Of a stretch of 64,000 nucleotides of DNA, positions 17,376-26,572 are shown piece by piece. The DNA comes from Clostridia bacterium (GTDB taxonomy: Bacteria > Bacillota > Clostridia > Christensenellales > CAG-138). The notes below the pieces were generated by a model. The model saw only the letters and a list, made by a program, of their open reading frames with translations, had not been told where the DNA came from and made no database searches. The DNA lies in the NCBI GenBank assembly GCA_003246365.1, contig QKAN01000066.1, positions 5,333 through 69,332 of the forward strand, in the 5' to 3' direction. Position 1 is the first letter of the stretch. The number at the start of each line of letters is the position of its first letter. The position numbers were made by a program, and so were the translations under genes.

Positions 17376-18383
17376 ATGAAGCGCAAAGGCTCGCCCTCTG
17401 CCGCTGCAGGCACGCGCAGGGCAAGCACAAATAATAATCAGCTCCCCTCCACGTTCTTTGCACGCATGGTACGGTATATCCGTAAATACTGGTTTCTGTA
17501 TATGCTGGTGCTGCCGGGGTTGTGTTTTCTGTTGGTATTCGAGTATGCGCCGATGTACGGCATCACGCTCGCATTCAAGGACTACTCTCCTCGTCTCGGC
17601 GTATTGGGCAGTCCCTGGGTCGGACTGGATCATTTTAAAGAGATGTTTGCCGATCCGAGTTTTATCCGCGCATTCAAGAACACGCTCATCATCAACGTGT
17701 ACAACCTGATCTTCGGGTTTACCTTCTCGGTGTTCCTTTCGCTGATGATCAACGAAATGCGTCTTAAGCGCGTAAAGAGCGTTGTGCAGACTGCCGTCTA
17801 CCTGCCGTATTTTCTCTCCTGGGTAATCTTTGCAGGTTTGGTACAGGTCTTTCTCGAGTATCCGTCTTCCGCGGATATCGGCGGTGTGGTCAATCAGGTG
17901 ATCAGCAAACTTGGCGGAACGCCGATCGACTTTTTAAAGTCTCCGCAGCTGTTCCGCGGCATCCTGGTCATTTCCAACATCATCAAAACATCCGGCTATT
18001 CCACAATCGTGTACCTCGCCGCCCTTGCCGGAATCAACCCGACGCTGTATGAAAGCGCGGCCATCGACGGCGCGAACCGCAAAGACATGCTCTTTCACAT
18101 CACGATTCCGCGCATCATGCCGTCTATCGCGATCATGCTGATTCTGCAGCTGGCGGGATTGTTCGTCTCCAACTTCGATCAGGTGTACAACCTGTATAAC
18201 AACTATGTGCTCTCTACAGGCGATGTGCTCTCTACTTATATTTACCGCATCAGCCTCGGCGGCAGCGGAACGAACTTTGAACTTTCCACCGCGACAAACT
18301 TCCTGCTCAACGCAATGGGCTTGATCGTAGTGCTGATTGCTAACAAGTTTGTGAACAAACTCGACGTACAGGGCATTCTGTAA
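17376..18383 (+). CDS. carbohydrate ABC transporter permease (LplB/YtcP type)
   Basis: 335 aa with a GGGGG RBS. LPGLCFLLVFEYAPMYGITLAFKDY is typical of LplB-type permeases, and an EAA-like loop (AAIDGANRKDMLFHITIP) is present. Confidence 0.85.
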   Translation: MKRKGSPSAAAGTRRASTNNNQLPSTFFARMVRYIRKYWFLYMLVLPGLCFLLVFEYAPMYGITLAFKDYSPRLGVLGSPWVGLDHFKEMFADPSFIRAFKNTLIINVYNLIFGFTFSVFLSLMINEMRLKRVKSVVQTAVYLPYFLSWVIFAGLVQVFLEYPSSADIGGVVNQVISKLGGTPIDFLKSPQLFRGILVISNIIKTSGYSTIVYLAALAGINPTLYESAAIDGANRKDMLFHITIPRIMPSIAIMLILQLAGLFVSNFDQVYNLYNNYVLSTGDVLSTYIYRISLGGSGTNFELSTATNFLLNAMGLIVVLIANKFVNKLDVQGIL

Positions 18384-18398
18384 GAAAGGAGGAACCGT

Positions 18399-19325
18399 AT
18401 GAGTCGACGGATGAAACAGGCGGGATACCGCAACACGATGTTAGGCAAACTGGGCTTCAACTTCTACGATGTGTTTGTTTATGCTCTTTGCATTCTCTTT
18501 GCGCTTCTTTGTGTCTATCCGATGTGGTACGTGCTGATCAGCTCGATTACGCCGTATGAAGAATATGTAAAAGGTGGACTGATGCTGTTCCCCACGGGCG
18601 GAATCGACCTGCAATATTATAAGGCGATCTTCAATACGAAAGCCTTTACCAACAGCATGTGGATTTCGGTTTCCAAAACCGTTCTTGCCACCACGCTGAG
18701 CATGCTCATCACCTCCACGATGGCATATGCTTGCAGCAAATCCTATGTCAAGGGCATGAAGGTCATCAACGCGCTCGTCGTGTTCGTGCTCTTCTTTACC
18801 GGCGGTCTGATTCCGCAATACATGCTTTATAAAGGACTCGGCTTATTGCGCACCTTCTGGGTCATGGTGCTGCCGAGCGGTCTGAACATCGTTTATTTCG
18901 TCATCATGCGAAACTATTTCTCTTACTCCGTACCCAAAGAGTTGGAGGAGGCCGCACTCATAGACGGTTGTACCGAAGTCGGCGTCTTCTTCCGCGTAAT
19001 CATCCCCATTTCGCGCTCCATGCTTGCGGCGGTCGCATTGTTTATCGCCGTCATCAACTGGAACGACTATTACAGCTACATGATGTTCATCTCGAACAAA
19101 ACCAACCTGCAGCCGTTCGTTTGGATTTTAAGGCGCATGCTAGTCGACCAATCGATGATGAACCAGGTTCGAAACGGCGCCGTCTCCATCGGCATGACCC
19201 TGCCGCCGCCGATGGCGCTGCGCATGGCGACTATAATTTGCGCCATGCTCCCAATTATGATCGTATACCCGTTCCTGCAGCCGTATTTCACAAGCGGCAT
19301 CACCCTCGGCGCAATCAAAGAATAA
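18399..19325 (+). CDS. carbohydrate ABC transporter permease (LplC/YteP type)
   Basis: 308 aa with an AGGAGG RBS and the EAA loop EEAALIDGCTEVGVFFRVIIP. Confidence 0.9.
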   Translation: MSRRMKQAGYRNTMLGKLGFNFYDVFVYALCILFALLCVYPMWYVLISSITPYEEYVKGGLMLFPTGGIDLQYYKAIFNTKAFTNSMWISVSKTVLATTLSMLITSTMAYACSKSYVKGMKVINALVVFVLFFTGGLIPQYMLYKGLGLLRTFWVMVLPSGLNIVYFVIMRNYFSYSVPKELEEAALIDGCTEVGVFFRVIIPISRSMLAAVALFIAVINWNDYYSYMMFISNKTNLQPFVWILRRMLVDQSMMNQVRNGAVSIGMTLPPPMALRMATIICAMLPIMIVYPFLQPYFTSGITLGAIKE

Positions 19326-19445
19326 ACGACGGAAACGCGCCCCGTCTGGCTTCGTGCTCTCTTTTTCGGGAGTAACGGCCCTAAAACAGGACATTTTTAC
19401 CGCGAATGAGCGGTAATGATGAAAATAACAGGAGGAATCTGAAGT

Positions 19446-21182
19446 ATGAAGAAGTTCTTGGCACTGCTTCTGGTGGCAGCTCTGGCCTTCACCGCGCTGG
19501 CCTGCACAGCTACCCCCGCAGCAGACACCACGCAGACTGATGCGAGCACATCCGACGCAGCAGCTGCAACCGAAGCGGTTGTCGAAACCAATGCCGACCG
19601 CGAGACCGTCAATGTCCGCTTTGCCCAGTTCGGCAACAGCATCGACGACGTAGACGGAATGGCCAACGACCCGATCAAACAGAGCATTGAAAGCGCCGTG
19701 AACGTAACCCTCGAGTACGACACCGGCACGGACGGATTTGACGACCGTATGCAGACCGAGCTCTACACGGGCGGCGCGCCGGACCTCTTCCCCACCTGGG
19801 GCGAGACCGACAAGATTTCCAAGTGGGTCAGTGAAGACCTCGTTTATAACCTCTCCGACATCGTAAACGCATCCCCGGATCGTTACCCGACACTGTACAA
19901 AATCATGAACAGCGCCGAGTACAAGATGTACAACAAGCTCTACACCGGCGATGAGAACGCCGCCTACGCCATCTATTCCATCGCGGCGTTTGCGGATCCC
20001 GCGTATGCCGGTATCTCGGTTTACAACCAGTCGATCCTCGACGCGGTCAACGGCGGCGCAGTGCCCCAGACCGTAGACGAATTCCTCGCCTATGCCTCCG
20101 CAGCCGGTCAGAACGGCTATGTCGGTTGGTGGCCGCGCAACGATAAGCTGACCAACTGGGCAGAAATCGACAAGACGCTTGCCGCCCCGCAGGGCACCTC
20201 GATCCTCGCGCCGAGCGGTGACGTTTGGAACGGCTTCGTCCTCTCCGGCGACCTCGGAACCGACAGCGAATACTGGACTCTGGCAACCACGAGCGACGCT
20301 TCCAAGGAAGTTGTCAAGCAGCTCGCCGAGCTCTATGCAACCGGCGGTCTGGACAGCGGCATCGGCGTCAAGAGCGATTTTGACGATGCATATGCTGATT
20401 TCGGCCTCGGCAAAATCGGCGCTATGAACTTCGGCTTCGGCTATCCGGGCCAGTTCCGTGACTTCTACAAAGAATGCTGGCTCGCGGCGAATCCCGACGC
20501 GCAGATGAGCGATTTGACCCTCGGCGTCGCGCTCACCTCTGACGGCAGCTATGGCGCAACCTACACCACCGGCACCTGGGTTGGCGCGCATTACTTCATC
20601 CCGACATCCTGCGAATATCCGGATCGCGTTCTGGATCTTGTGGAATACCTCGCCAGCACAGCCGGTCAGGATCTGCTCCACAACACGCAGAACTATGTTT
20701 ACAACGATGCACAGGGCGTTGATTTCTGGAACAGCGCAACCGCTCCTTACGGCTACGGCGACGGACGCTGCAAGTATGTGTGGTTCAGCTATCTCTTCAG
20801 CGGCACAGAGTACGAAGTTGACTTCGCCAACAACGATTGGTGGACCGCAGTCTCCAACCCGATCGACAACAGCAACAGCTGGGCGACCGACGAAGACAAG
20901 GCGCTTGTCGACTATGCCAAGGGCGTGCTCTCCGGCTACACCAGTGAAGTTGTCAAGCAGCTTCCGGCATACTATGGCCTCATCGTGCTGCCTGCCGACG
21001 CGGCGGACATCCGCACGAAGCTTGCCGACCTGACGAACCAGTATCTGACACAGATGATCGGCGGACAGCTCGATATCGAGACCGCTTGGCCGGAATATGT
21101 TGCCGCTTATGAGGCAGCCGGCGCAGCCGATCTGGAAACGATGGTCAACGACGCGATTGCAACCGCCCGCGCGGCGCAATAA
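19446..21182 (+). CDS. large extracellular solute-binding lipoprotein (LplA type) of the ABC importer
   Basis: 578 aa with an AGGAGG RBS. Signal peptide with lipobox (LAFTALAC) followed by a T/A/D-rich linker. Confidence 0.85.
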   Translation: MKKFLALLLVAALAFTALACTATPAADTTQTDASTSDAAAATEAVVETNADRETVNVRFAQFGNSIDDVDGMANDPIKQSIESAVNVTLEYDTGTDGFDDRMQTELYTGGAPDLFPTWGETDKISKWVSEDLVYNLSDIVNASPDRYPTLYKIMNSAEYKMYNKLYTGDENAAYAIYSIAAFADPAYAGISVYNQSILDAVNGGAVPQTVDEFLAYASAAGQNGYVGWWPRNDKLTNWAEIDKTLAAPQGTSILAPSGDVWNGFVLSGDLGTDSEYWTLATTSDASKEVVKQLAELYATGGLDSGIGVKSDFDDAYADFGLGKIGAMNFGFGYPGQFRDFYKECWLAANPDAQMSDLTLGVALTSDGSYGATYTTGTWVGAHYFIPTSCEYPDRVLDLVEYLASTAGQDLLHNTQNYVYNDAQGVDFWNSATAPYGYGDGRCKYVWFSYLFSGTEYEVDFANNDWWTAVSNPIDNSNSWATDEDKALVDYAKGVLSGYTSEVVKQLPAYYGLIVLPADAADIRTKLADLTNQYLTQMIGGQLDIETAWPEYVAAYEAAGAADLETMVNDAIATARAAQ

Positions 21183-21210
21183 CAACAACCAGCGACTGAA
21201 AAACGGTTTA

Positions 21211-21241
21211 TCTCACACTCACACACTCACAAACACTCACA
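21211..21241. repeat. CA-rich low-complexity tract (CTCACA-like units)
   Basis: tctcacactcacacactcacaaacactcaca lies immediately 3' of the SBP gene. Confidence 0.7.
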
Positions 21242-21247
21242 TTGGAG

Positions 21248-21279
21248 GGCCTCCGCTCCGCACCGGAGCGGAGGCCTTT
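21248..21279 (+). terminator. strong hairpin (intra-locus terminator or attenuator) after the SBP gene
   Basis: Perfect 13-bp GC-rich stem GGCCTCCGCTCCG-cac-CGGAGCGGAGGCC followed by TTTCGGGCAGTTTT (an interrupted U-tract). Confidence 0.6.
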
Positions 21280-21412
21280 CGGGCAGTTTTATGCCGAACA
21301 TATGACCGTCTCTCCGGCATGACGAATAGACGATCTGAAACAAAAAACGGTGCTATAATAGACTTGTTTTTAATGGTATTTTGCAAAGCGCGAAAAGGAG
21401 CGAAACAACACT

Positions 21413-22825
21413 ATGGACTTCGGCGTAACCATCACGAGCGGGGTCTCCCCCTGGCAGATTTTTCAGCAAAACGAACAGGGTTTTGCGCGTCTGCAAATCG
21501 GCGGTCATTGCCGCCGCATTCACTTGAGCCAGGAACTTCCGCTCAGCTTTACCCCCGTGGACAGCGGAAAAATCGTCGTGAAAGCGCGCGTTGCGCTTGA
21601 ATCCAGCGGCGAAAACATCGTCCCCTGGACGCTTTGCAATGTACACAACGACGAAACCTGGGAAATCGAGTTTAGCCGCGTTCCCGCAGGCGGGCCATAC
21701 CGCATTGAAACCTATATGGAATACGAGGGCTGGGACGGTTTATCCTGCACGCGCGGAGACATGGTGCATCACATCGGCGTTGGGGACGTTTTCGTCATCG
21801 CGGGTCAAAGCAACGCCGCAGGCCGCGCAAAAGACCCCGTGGAGGACGCACCGGAGATCGGCATCCATTTGCTGCGCGACAGCGGAACATGGGATCTTGC
21901 CGCGCATCCACTCGGAGACACGACCGGATCCGTCCATCTCGGCCATTTCGAAAACCACAATCCGGGGCATACGCCCTGGCTGCACTTTGCCAAGATTCTC
22001 AAACGCACGCTTGGCTACCCGATCGGGCTGGTTATGTGCGCATACGGCGGTTCGCCGCTTCGCTGGTGGAATCCGGCGGAAAACGGCTCGCTGACGAAAA
22101 ACATGCTGGAGATGCTCGCCGATTACGACCTGCACCCCAAAGCGATGCTCTGGTATCAGGGCGAAGCGGAAGGCTTTGAAAACAGCGCGGAAACCTATTT
22201 CGATCGTTTTTCCGCGTTTCTCTCCTCCGTGCGCGCCTCGCTCAATCAACCGGAACTTCCGGTGATTACCTTCCAGCTCAACCGCCAGTTCTGCGAATGC
22301 GACCTCGCGCTCGACCGCCAGTGGGGCATCGTGCGGCAGGCGCAGCGGGACGCGATGTACAAGCTGAAAAACGTTTGGACGCTTCCGACACAAGATGTGG
22401 CCATGTACGACTTTATCCATATCGGCGCAAGCGGCAATCTCGTGCTCGGCGAACGCGCGGCAAAATGCGCGCTCAGCAACCTCTACGGCATCCTGCGGGA
22501 CTGGAAAGCGCCGGAGGTGGAAACGGCCGTTTTAATCGCGCCCGACACGCTGGAGCTGCGCTTTGACCACATCTATAATTGGGTCAATCCGTTTGATCCG
22601 CCCGCTTCTCTGCTCCCGTTTGAGGCGGAGGATGCAGAAGGGTTTGCAAAAGCAGTTTCTTACGAAACAAAAGCCGACTCTCTCGTGCTGAAATTTGCCC
22701 GTCCGCTCGGCGAGGACGCCGTGCTGCACGGTTCCTGGCGCAGCAATCCCGGTCAGGTTACCCCATGGGACTGCATGCGCTTCCCCATGCTCGCGTTTTA
22801 CGGTCTGCCCGTTACGCGCGAATAA
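21413..22825 (+). CDS. SASA-family (sialate O-acetylesterase-like, SGNH-type) carbohydrate esterase
   Basis: 470 aa. VFVIAGQSNAAGR (GQSN nucleophile block), YGGSPLRWW and MLWYQGEAE blocks are typical of the sialic-acid-specific 9-O-acetylesterase family. No signal peptide. Confidence 0.75.
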   Translation: MDFGVTITSGVSPWQIFQQNEQGFARLQIGGHCRRIHLSQELPLSFTPVDSGKIVVKARVALESSGENIVPWTLCNVHNDETWEIEFSRVPAGGPYRIETYMEYEGWDGLSCTRGDMVHHIGVGDVFVIAGQSNAAGRAKDPVEDAPEIGIHLLRDSGTWDLAAHPLGDTTGSVHLGHFENHNPGHTPWLHFAKILKRTLGYPIGLVMCAYGGSPLRWWNPAENGSLTKNMLEMLADYDLHPKAMLWYQGEAEGFENSAETYFDRFSAFLSSVRASLNQPELPVITFQLNRQFCECDLALDRQWGIVRQAQRDAMYKLKNVWTLPTQDVAMYDFIHIGASGNLVLGERAAKCALSNLYGILRDWKAPEVETAVLIAPDTLELRFDHIYNWVNPFDPPASLLPFEAEDAEGFAKAVSYETKADSLVLKFARPLGEDAVLHGSWRSNPGQVTPWDCMRFPMLAFYGLPVTRE

Positions 22826-22848
22826 TCACGTTTCCGAAGGAGGCATCC

Positions 22849-24894
22849 ATGCCCGACGCGTTCCGCTATTGTTTTCGCTTCTGCTGCGACCCGGGTTTTA
22901 ACGACGGCATCGAGATTCCGAAGCTGCTTTCTTTTGTCGAAGAGGCGCGCGTAGACGATGTCATGGTGTTTGTCAACGTAGAAGAAATCAACACCGGACA
23001 TATGAGCGAGCAGGAGCAAGATGTCTGGCTCGATCTGCTGCGCCGCATCAAACCGCTGCTGAACGAGCGCGGTGTCACGCTCTCCGTCAACCATTGGCAC
23101 TCGCTTATGCATGCCGACCTCGGCAAGCAGTTTCGCGCCGACCAGCCGTTTCGCGGCATGGTCGATCCATATGGCAATGTTTCAACTCTCTGCGTCTGCC
23201 CGCTGGACGAAAACTGGCGCGCATACATAGCGCGCATCTACGCGCGCTACGCCGCGCTTTCGCCGGACACGGTCTGGGTGGAAGACGATTTTCGCTATCA
23301 TAACCACGCGCCGCTCGTTTGGGGCGGATGCTTCTGTGAAGAGCATATGCATCGATTTTCCGAGCGCGCGGGAAAACAGCTCACGCGCGAGGAGTTTGTC
23401 GCAGGGCTGCTTTCCCCCGGTGAACCTTCTCCATATCGGCAGATCTGGCTGGATGAATGCCGCGCGGGGTTGGAAGGCGCGGCACAAGCGATCGAACAAG
23501 CCATACACGCAGTCAATCCTGATGTAAAAATCGGGCTCATGAGCAGCGTGCCATATGTACACGCCGCTGAGGGCCGCAACTGGAAAAGTTTGCTGGGAAC
23601 ATTCTCCGGCGAAAAAAATCCGCCCGTTTCGCGCATCCACCTGCCCGCGTATCAAGAATTGGTTCCTTCGAAATATCTGCAGGCGTTCCACATGGTGAGC
23701 TATGTTAACCGGGCGTTGCTCACGCCGGAAACGCTGGTTTATCCCGAGTTGGAAAATTATCCGTATTCGCGTTTTTCCAAGAGTCTCGCATTTACGCGCT
23801 TTCAGCTCTTTGGCTCGCTTGCACTCAATCTTTCCGGCATGACCATCGACCTGTTTGACCTCAACGGACGCGGTATCATCGAGCAAGACGGATATCAGCA
23901 GATGCTGCGCGAAGCGAAACCCGCGCTCAACGCAATGAACGAAAGCGGCGCGTTTTCTTCTCCGCGAAAGGGCGTATGCGTGTTGGTGGACGAGAAGGCT
24001 AGCTATCATCTGCACACCGCTAGCGGAACACAGATGGAAGAACTCTATCCGGCAGAGGTATTCTGGGCAGGGCTGTTGCCCGCCATGGGTGTACCGATGT
24101 ATATCGGCACCGCTCCGGAAGACGCATACGGCGTTGCCGCCGTGTCCGGTCAGTATTTCCGTAATCTGACGCCGCAGCAGATTGAGCAGCTGTTTTCAGA
24201 CAACTTTGTTCTGCTCAACGGCGACGCCATTGATACGCTGGCTGATCTGGGACTAGCGCACCTGATCGGCATACAAAGCATCCACTGGATGGCACAAAAC
24301 AGCGGCGCATACACCTATGAGCAGGTGACCAACGGCAAAATCTACACCGGCGTGCCCGCCGCGCGGGCAAGCAACGTTATCTCCGGTTCGGATGCCCTGA
24401 ACATTGAATATCTGCCGAATGCCGACATAGAAGAGTATTCCGCGCTGTACGACAGTTTCCGTAAACGCACCGCCTCCTGCCAATGTGTTGTCGGCAACCG
24501 CGCGCTGATTTATCCGTTTGGTCATTTCGAATCGCCACAGGATATTCCGCCGATGTTACTCAACGACGTTCGGCAGGAGATATTGCAGGATGTGCTGGCA
24601 GTAAGCGGACGCATGAACGCGCCGATGGTAGACGGCAACCCTTATCTCGTGCCATATGCGTTTGACGGCGGTGAAACGGCGCATCTCTATCTGGTCAACG
24701 GCGCGATGGATGCCGTAAACGGCGTATCCCTCCGCCTATGCGGACTTTGCGGCACGTATTCCGTTAGCATTTTGCCAAGCCGCGGCGCGCCGGTCGTGTT
24801 GACGCTTCGCCTCGGCTGCGAACGCTGTATGCTACCGCTGACCATCGAACCGATGGAAACCGCGCTGGTCAGCATGCGCCGCATCGGCGAATAA
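22849..24894 (+). CDS. conserved hypothetical protein, 681 aa (possible uncharacterised glycoside-processing enzyme)
   Basis: Start at ATG 22849 (GAAGGAGG RBS) within ORF 22765..24894. No motif I can assign. Cytoplasmic (no signal peptide). Sits between the esterase and BNR genes in the same operon. Confidence 0.6.
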   Translation: MPDAFRYCFRFCCDPGFNDGIEIPKLLSFVEEARVDDVMVFVNVEEINTGHMSEQEQDVWLDLLRRIKPLLNERGVTLSVNHWHSLMHADLGKQFRADQPFRGMVDPYGNVSTLCVCPLDENWRAYIARIYARYAALSPDTVWVEDDFRYHNHAPLVWGGCFCEEHMHRFSERAGKQLTREEFVAGLLSPGEPSPYRQIWLDECRAGLEGAAQAIEQAIHAVNPDVKIGLMSSVPYVHAAEGRNWKSLLGTFSGEKNPPVSRIHLPAYQELVPSKYLQAFHMVSYVNRALLTPETLVYPELENYPYSRFSKSLAFTRFQLFGSLALNLSGMTIDLFDLNGRGIIEQDGYQQMLREAKPALNAMNESGAFSSPRKGVCVLVDEKASYHLHTASGTQMEELYPAEVFWAGLLPAMGVPMYIGTAPEDAYGVAAVSGQYFRNLTPQQIEQLFSDNFVLLNGDAIDTLADLGLAHLIGIQSIHWMAQNSGAYTYEQVTNGKIYTGVPAARASNVISGSDALNIEYLPNADIEEYSALYDSFRKRTASCQCVVGNRALIYPFGHFESPQDIPPMLLNDVRQEILQDVLAVSGRMNAPMVDGNPYLVPYAFDGGETAHLYLVNGAMDAVNGVSLRLCGLCGTYSVSILPSRGAPVVLTLRLGCERCMLPLTIEPMETALVSMRRIGE

Positions 24895-24953
24895 CCAAGA
24901 AACAATTTTAATCAAAACACAATCAAATGTTTGACGATTGACAGGAGTTTATT

Positions 24954-26000
24954 ATGCAGGCAAAAATAATTGACCGCAAATGGGTCGTAGAATGGTTTGA
25001 TGAACGGCAGTGTTACCATATGCCCAGCCTCACCATGGCGGAAAACGGAAATCTGCTCGCCGTTTGGAACGGCGGTTTCCTTCAGTGGAACGGAGACCCG
25101 ATGGGACGCGACGCAAAGGACTGGGTCTCTATTCTCGAACCCGGCAAACAGGCTTGGTCCAGCCCCGACGCGGTCGGCTGCGACATTCGCTACTGCTGTC
25201 ACGATCCGATCTGGATTAAAAACCGCAAGGGTGAAATCACGCTGCTCTTCGCCAAATTTCTCGACACCGAAGTGAACTTTGCGACATGGTGCAACGGGCG
25301 CGACGAACTCTGGATGCGCAAAACGCAGGACGGCGGACGCACCTGGCTCCCTTCACATCCGGCGAACATCACCTCCGGTCACGCGAGCAACGACAGTGTC
25401 CTGCTGCCGGATGGTACCATCGTGTTTGCCTGCACCAGCAGCGAACTGCCTGATAAATACTTCGGCGCAATCCGCATCTACATCAGCCATGACGACGGGG
25501 AAACGTTTGAACAGGGTCCTATCCTGTTTGCAGAAGACGGCAACCTGATTCGCGAACCCGCGCTCTGCCTTCGCCCGGGTGGAGTCATCCGCCTCTTTTC
25601 GCGCACCTGCCCCGGCAACGTCGGCTGGGGTTCCGCCGGGAACCATTCGCTGCCTTCCTATACCTGCGAAAGCCGAGACGGCGGACGCACCTGGACGAAG
25701 CCTGTTCCCAGCGGCATCCTGAACAACGAGTCGAAAATCGATGTGATCAGTTGGGATGACGACACCATCCTCATGGCATACAACGACACACCGGAAACGG
25801 ACTGGCACGAGCGCAGCCCACTGACGCTTGCGATGAGCCGCGACGAGGGCAAAACCTGGAAGAACATTTTAGAGCTCGCCGCCGCCCCCGGCAACAAATG
25901 CCAACCTGCGATGTGCAAAGACAAGGATGGCCGTCTCAACGTCATCTATATGCACCGCCACACCGCGATTGAGCACCTTGTCGTCGAAATTACGGACTGA
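24954..26000 (+). CDS. compact BNR_2-type sialidase-fold beta-propeller protein, cytoplasmic
   Basis: 348 aa with an AGGAG RBS. Four Asp-boxes: TQDGGRTW, SHDDGETF, SRDGGRTW and SRDEGKTW. No signal peptide. YHMPSL occupies the position where canonical GH33 enzymes carry FRIPSL. Confidence 0.8.
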   Translation: MQAKIIDRKWVVEWFDERQCYHMPSLTMAENGNLLAVWNGGFLQWNGDPMGRDAKDWVSILEPGKQAWSSPDAVGCDIRYCCHDPIWIKNRKGEITLLFAKFLDTEVNFATWCNGRDELWMRKTQDGGRTWLPSHPANITSGHASNDSVLLPDGTIVFACTSSELPDKYFGAIRIYISHDDGETFEQGPILFAEDGNLIREPALCLRPGGVIRLFSRTCPGNVGWGSAGNHSLPSYTCESRDGGRTWTKPVPSGILNNESKIDVISWDDDTILMAYNDTPETDWHERSPLTLAMSRDEGKTWKNILELAAAPGNKCQPAMCKDKDGRLNVIYMHRHTAIEHLVVEITD

Positions 26001-26013
26001 TTTAAAACACAGC

Positions 26014-26050
26014 AAAAACCCCGGAGAAACGCTTCTCCGGGGTTTTCTTT
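26014..26050. terminator. bidirectional rho-independent terminator
   Basis: CCCCGGAGAA-acgc-TTCTCCGGGG flanked by A- and T-runs, between convergent genes. Confidence 0.8.
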
Positions 26051-26078
26051 TGCTTTGATTATCAATTTTCAGCGACTA

Positions 26079-26549
26079 TTACAACGTTTCGACAGCCACT
26101 TTTGCGATGAACTTGCGCACCTTGCCCGGCTTGTCCCAAAGCTGCGCTGCAAGATGCCCGTCCTGCGGGAAGAAAATCAAGAACTGCCCAGCGGAGAATT
26201 TCATCGTTGCCGTATCATCGTCCAAAGCCGCAAGTGCACACTCTTTTTCGCCGTCATACGGCATCGTAATATTCGTTGCTTCCGCAAAGGGTTTATAGTA
26301 AATTCTCTCTTCCCCTTCCACTACATACATGACGTCCACATATCTTTGGTGCGCTTCCAGCAGCTTTGTCTTCTTTTGCTCTGTCGTGTAGTTCACGCCA
26401 TTTGCAAAGATATTCTCGTTCTCAAGAACGGTACGCAAAGGTAAATCTAATCCATCATCCTGATACTGTTGAAAAAACGCGAGCGCAACAGCAACGCCTC
26501 TACCCAGCGAAGCGTACTGCTCCGCATGCTCCAGTCTATCTATAACCAT
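26079..26549 (-). CDS. YhcH/YjgK/YiaL-family (DUF386) protein
   Basis: 156 aa with an AGGAG RBS. The N-terminal block (DRLEHAEQY...) and beta-barrel-type length resemble the YhcH family, which includes the E. coli sialate anomerase/isomerase NanQ. Confidence 0.7.
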   Translation of the reverse strand: MVIDRLEHAEQYASLGRGVAVALAFFQQYQDDGLDLPLRTVLENENIFANGVNYTTEQKKTKLLEAHQRYVDVMYVVEGEERIYYKPFAEATNITMPYDGEKECALAALDDDTATMKFSAGQFLIFFPQDGHLAAQLWDKPGKVRKFIAKVAVETL

Positions 26550-26572
26550 ATGATATCTCCTGTTTGATTTGT

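Noticed and set aside
19140-21188. 682-aa ORF antisense to the LplA-type SBP gene
   Set aside because: It spans almost exactly the SBP gene on the opposite strand and has no RBS. Its composition is low-complexity and rich in R, G, V and A. It is a typical shadow ORF of a GC3-rich gene, and the sense strand has a clear lipoprotein signal and RBS.
21211-21241. The CA-rich repeat considered as a degenerate CRISPR array or other repeat array
   Set aside because: It is a single 31-nt low-complexity tract with no repeat-spacer periodicity, and there are no cas genes anywhere in the window.
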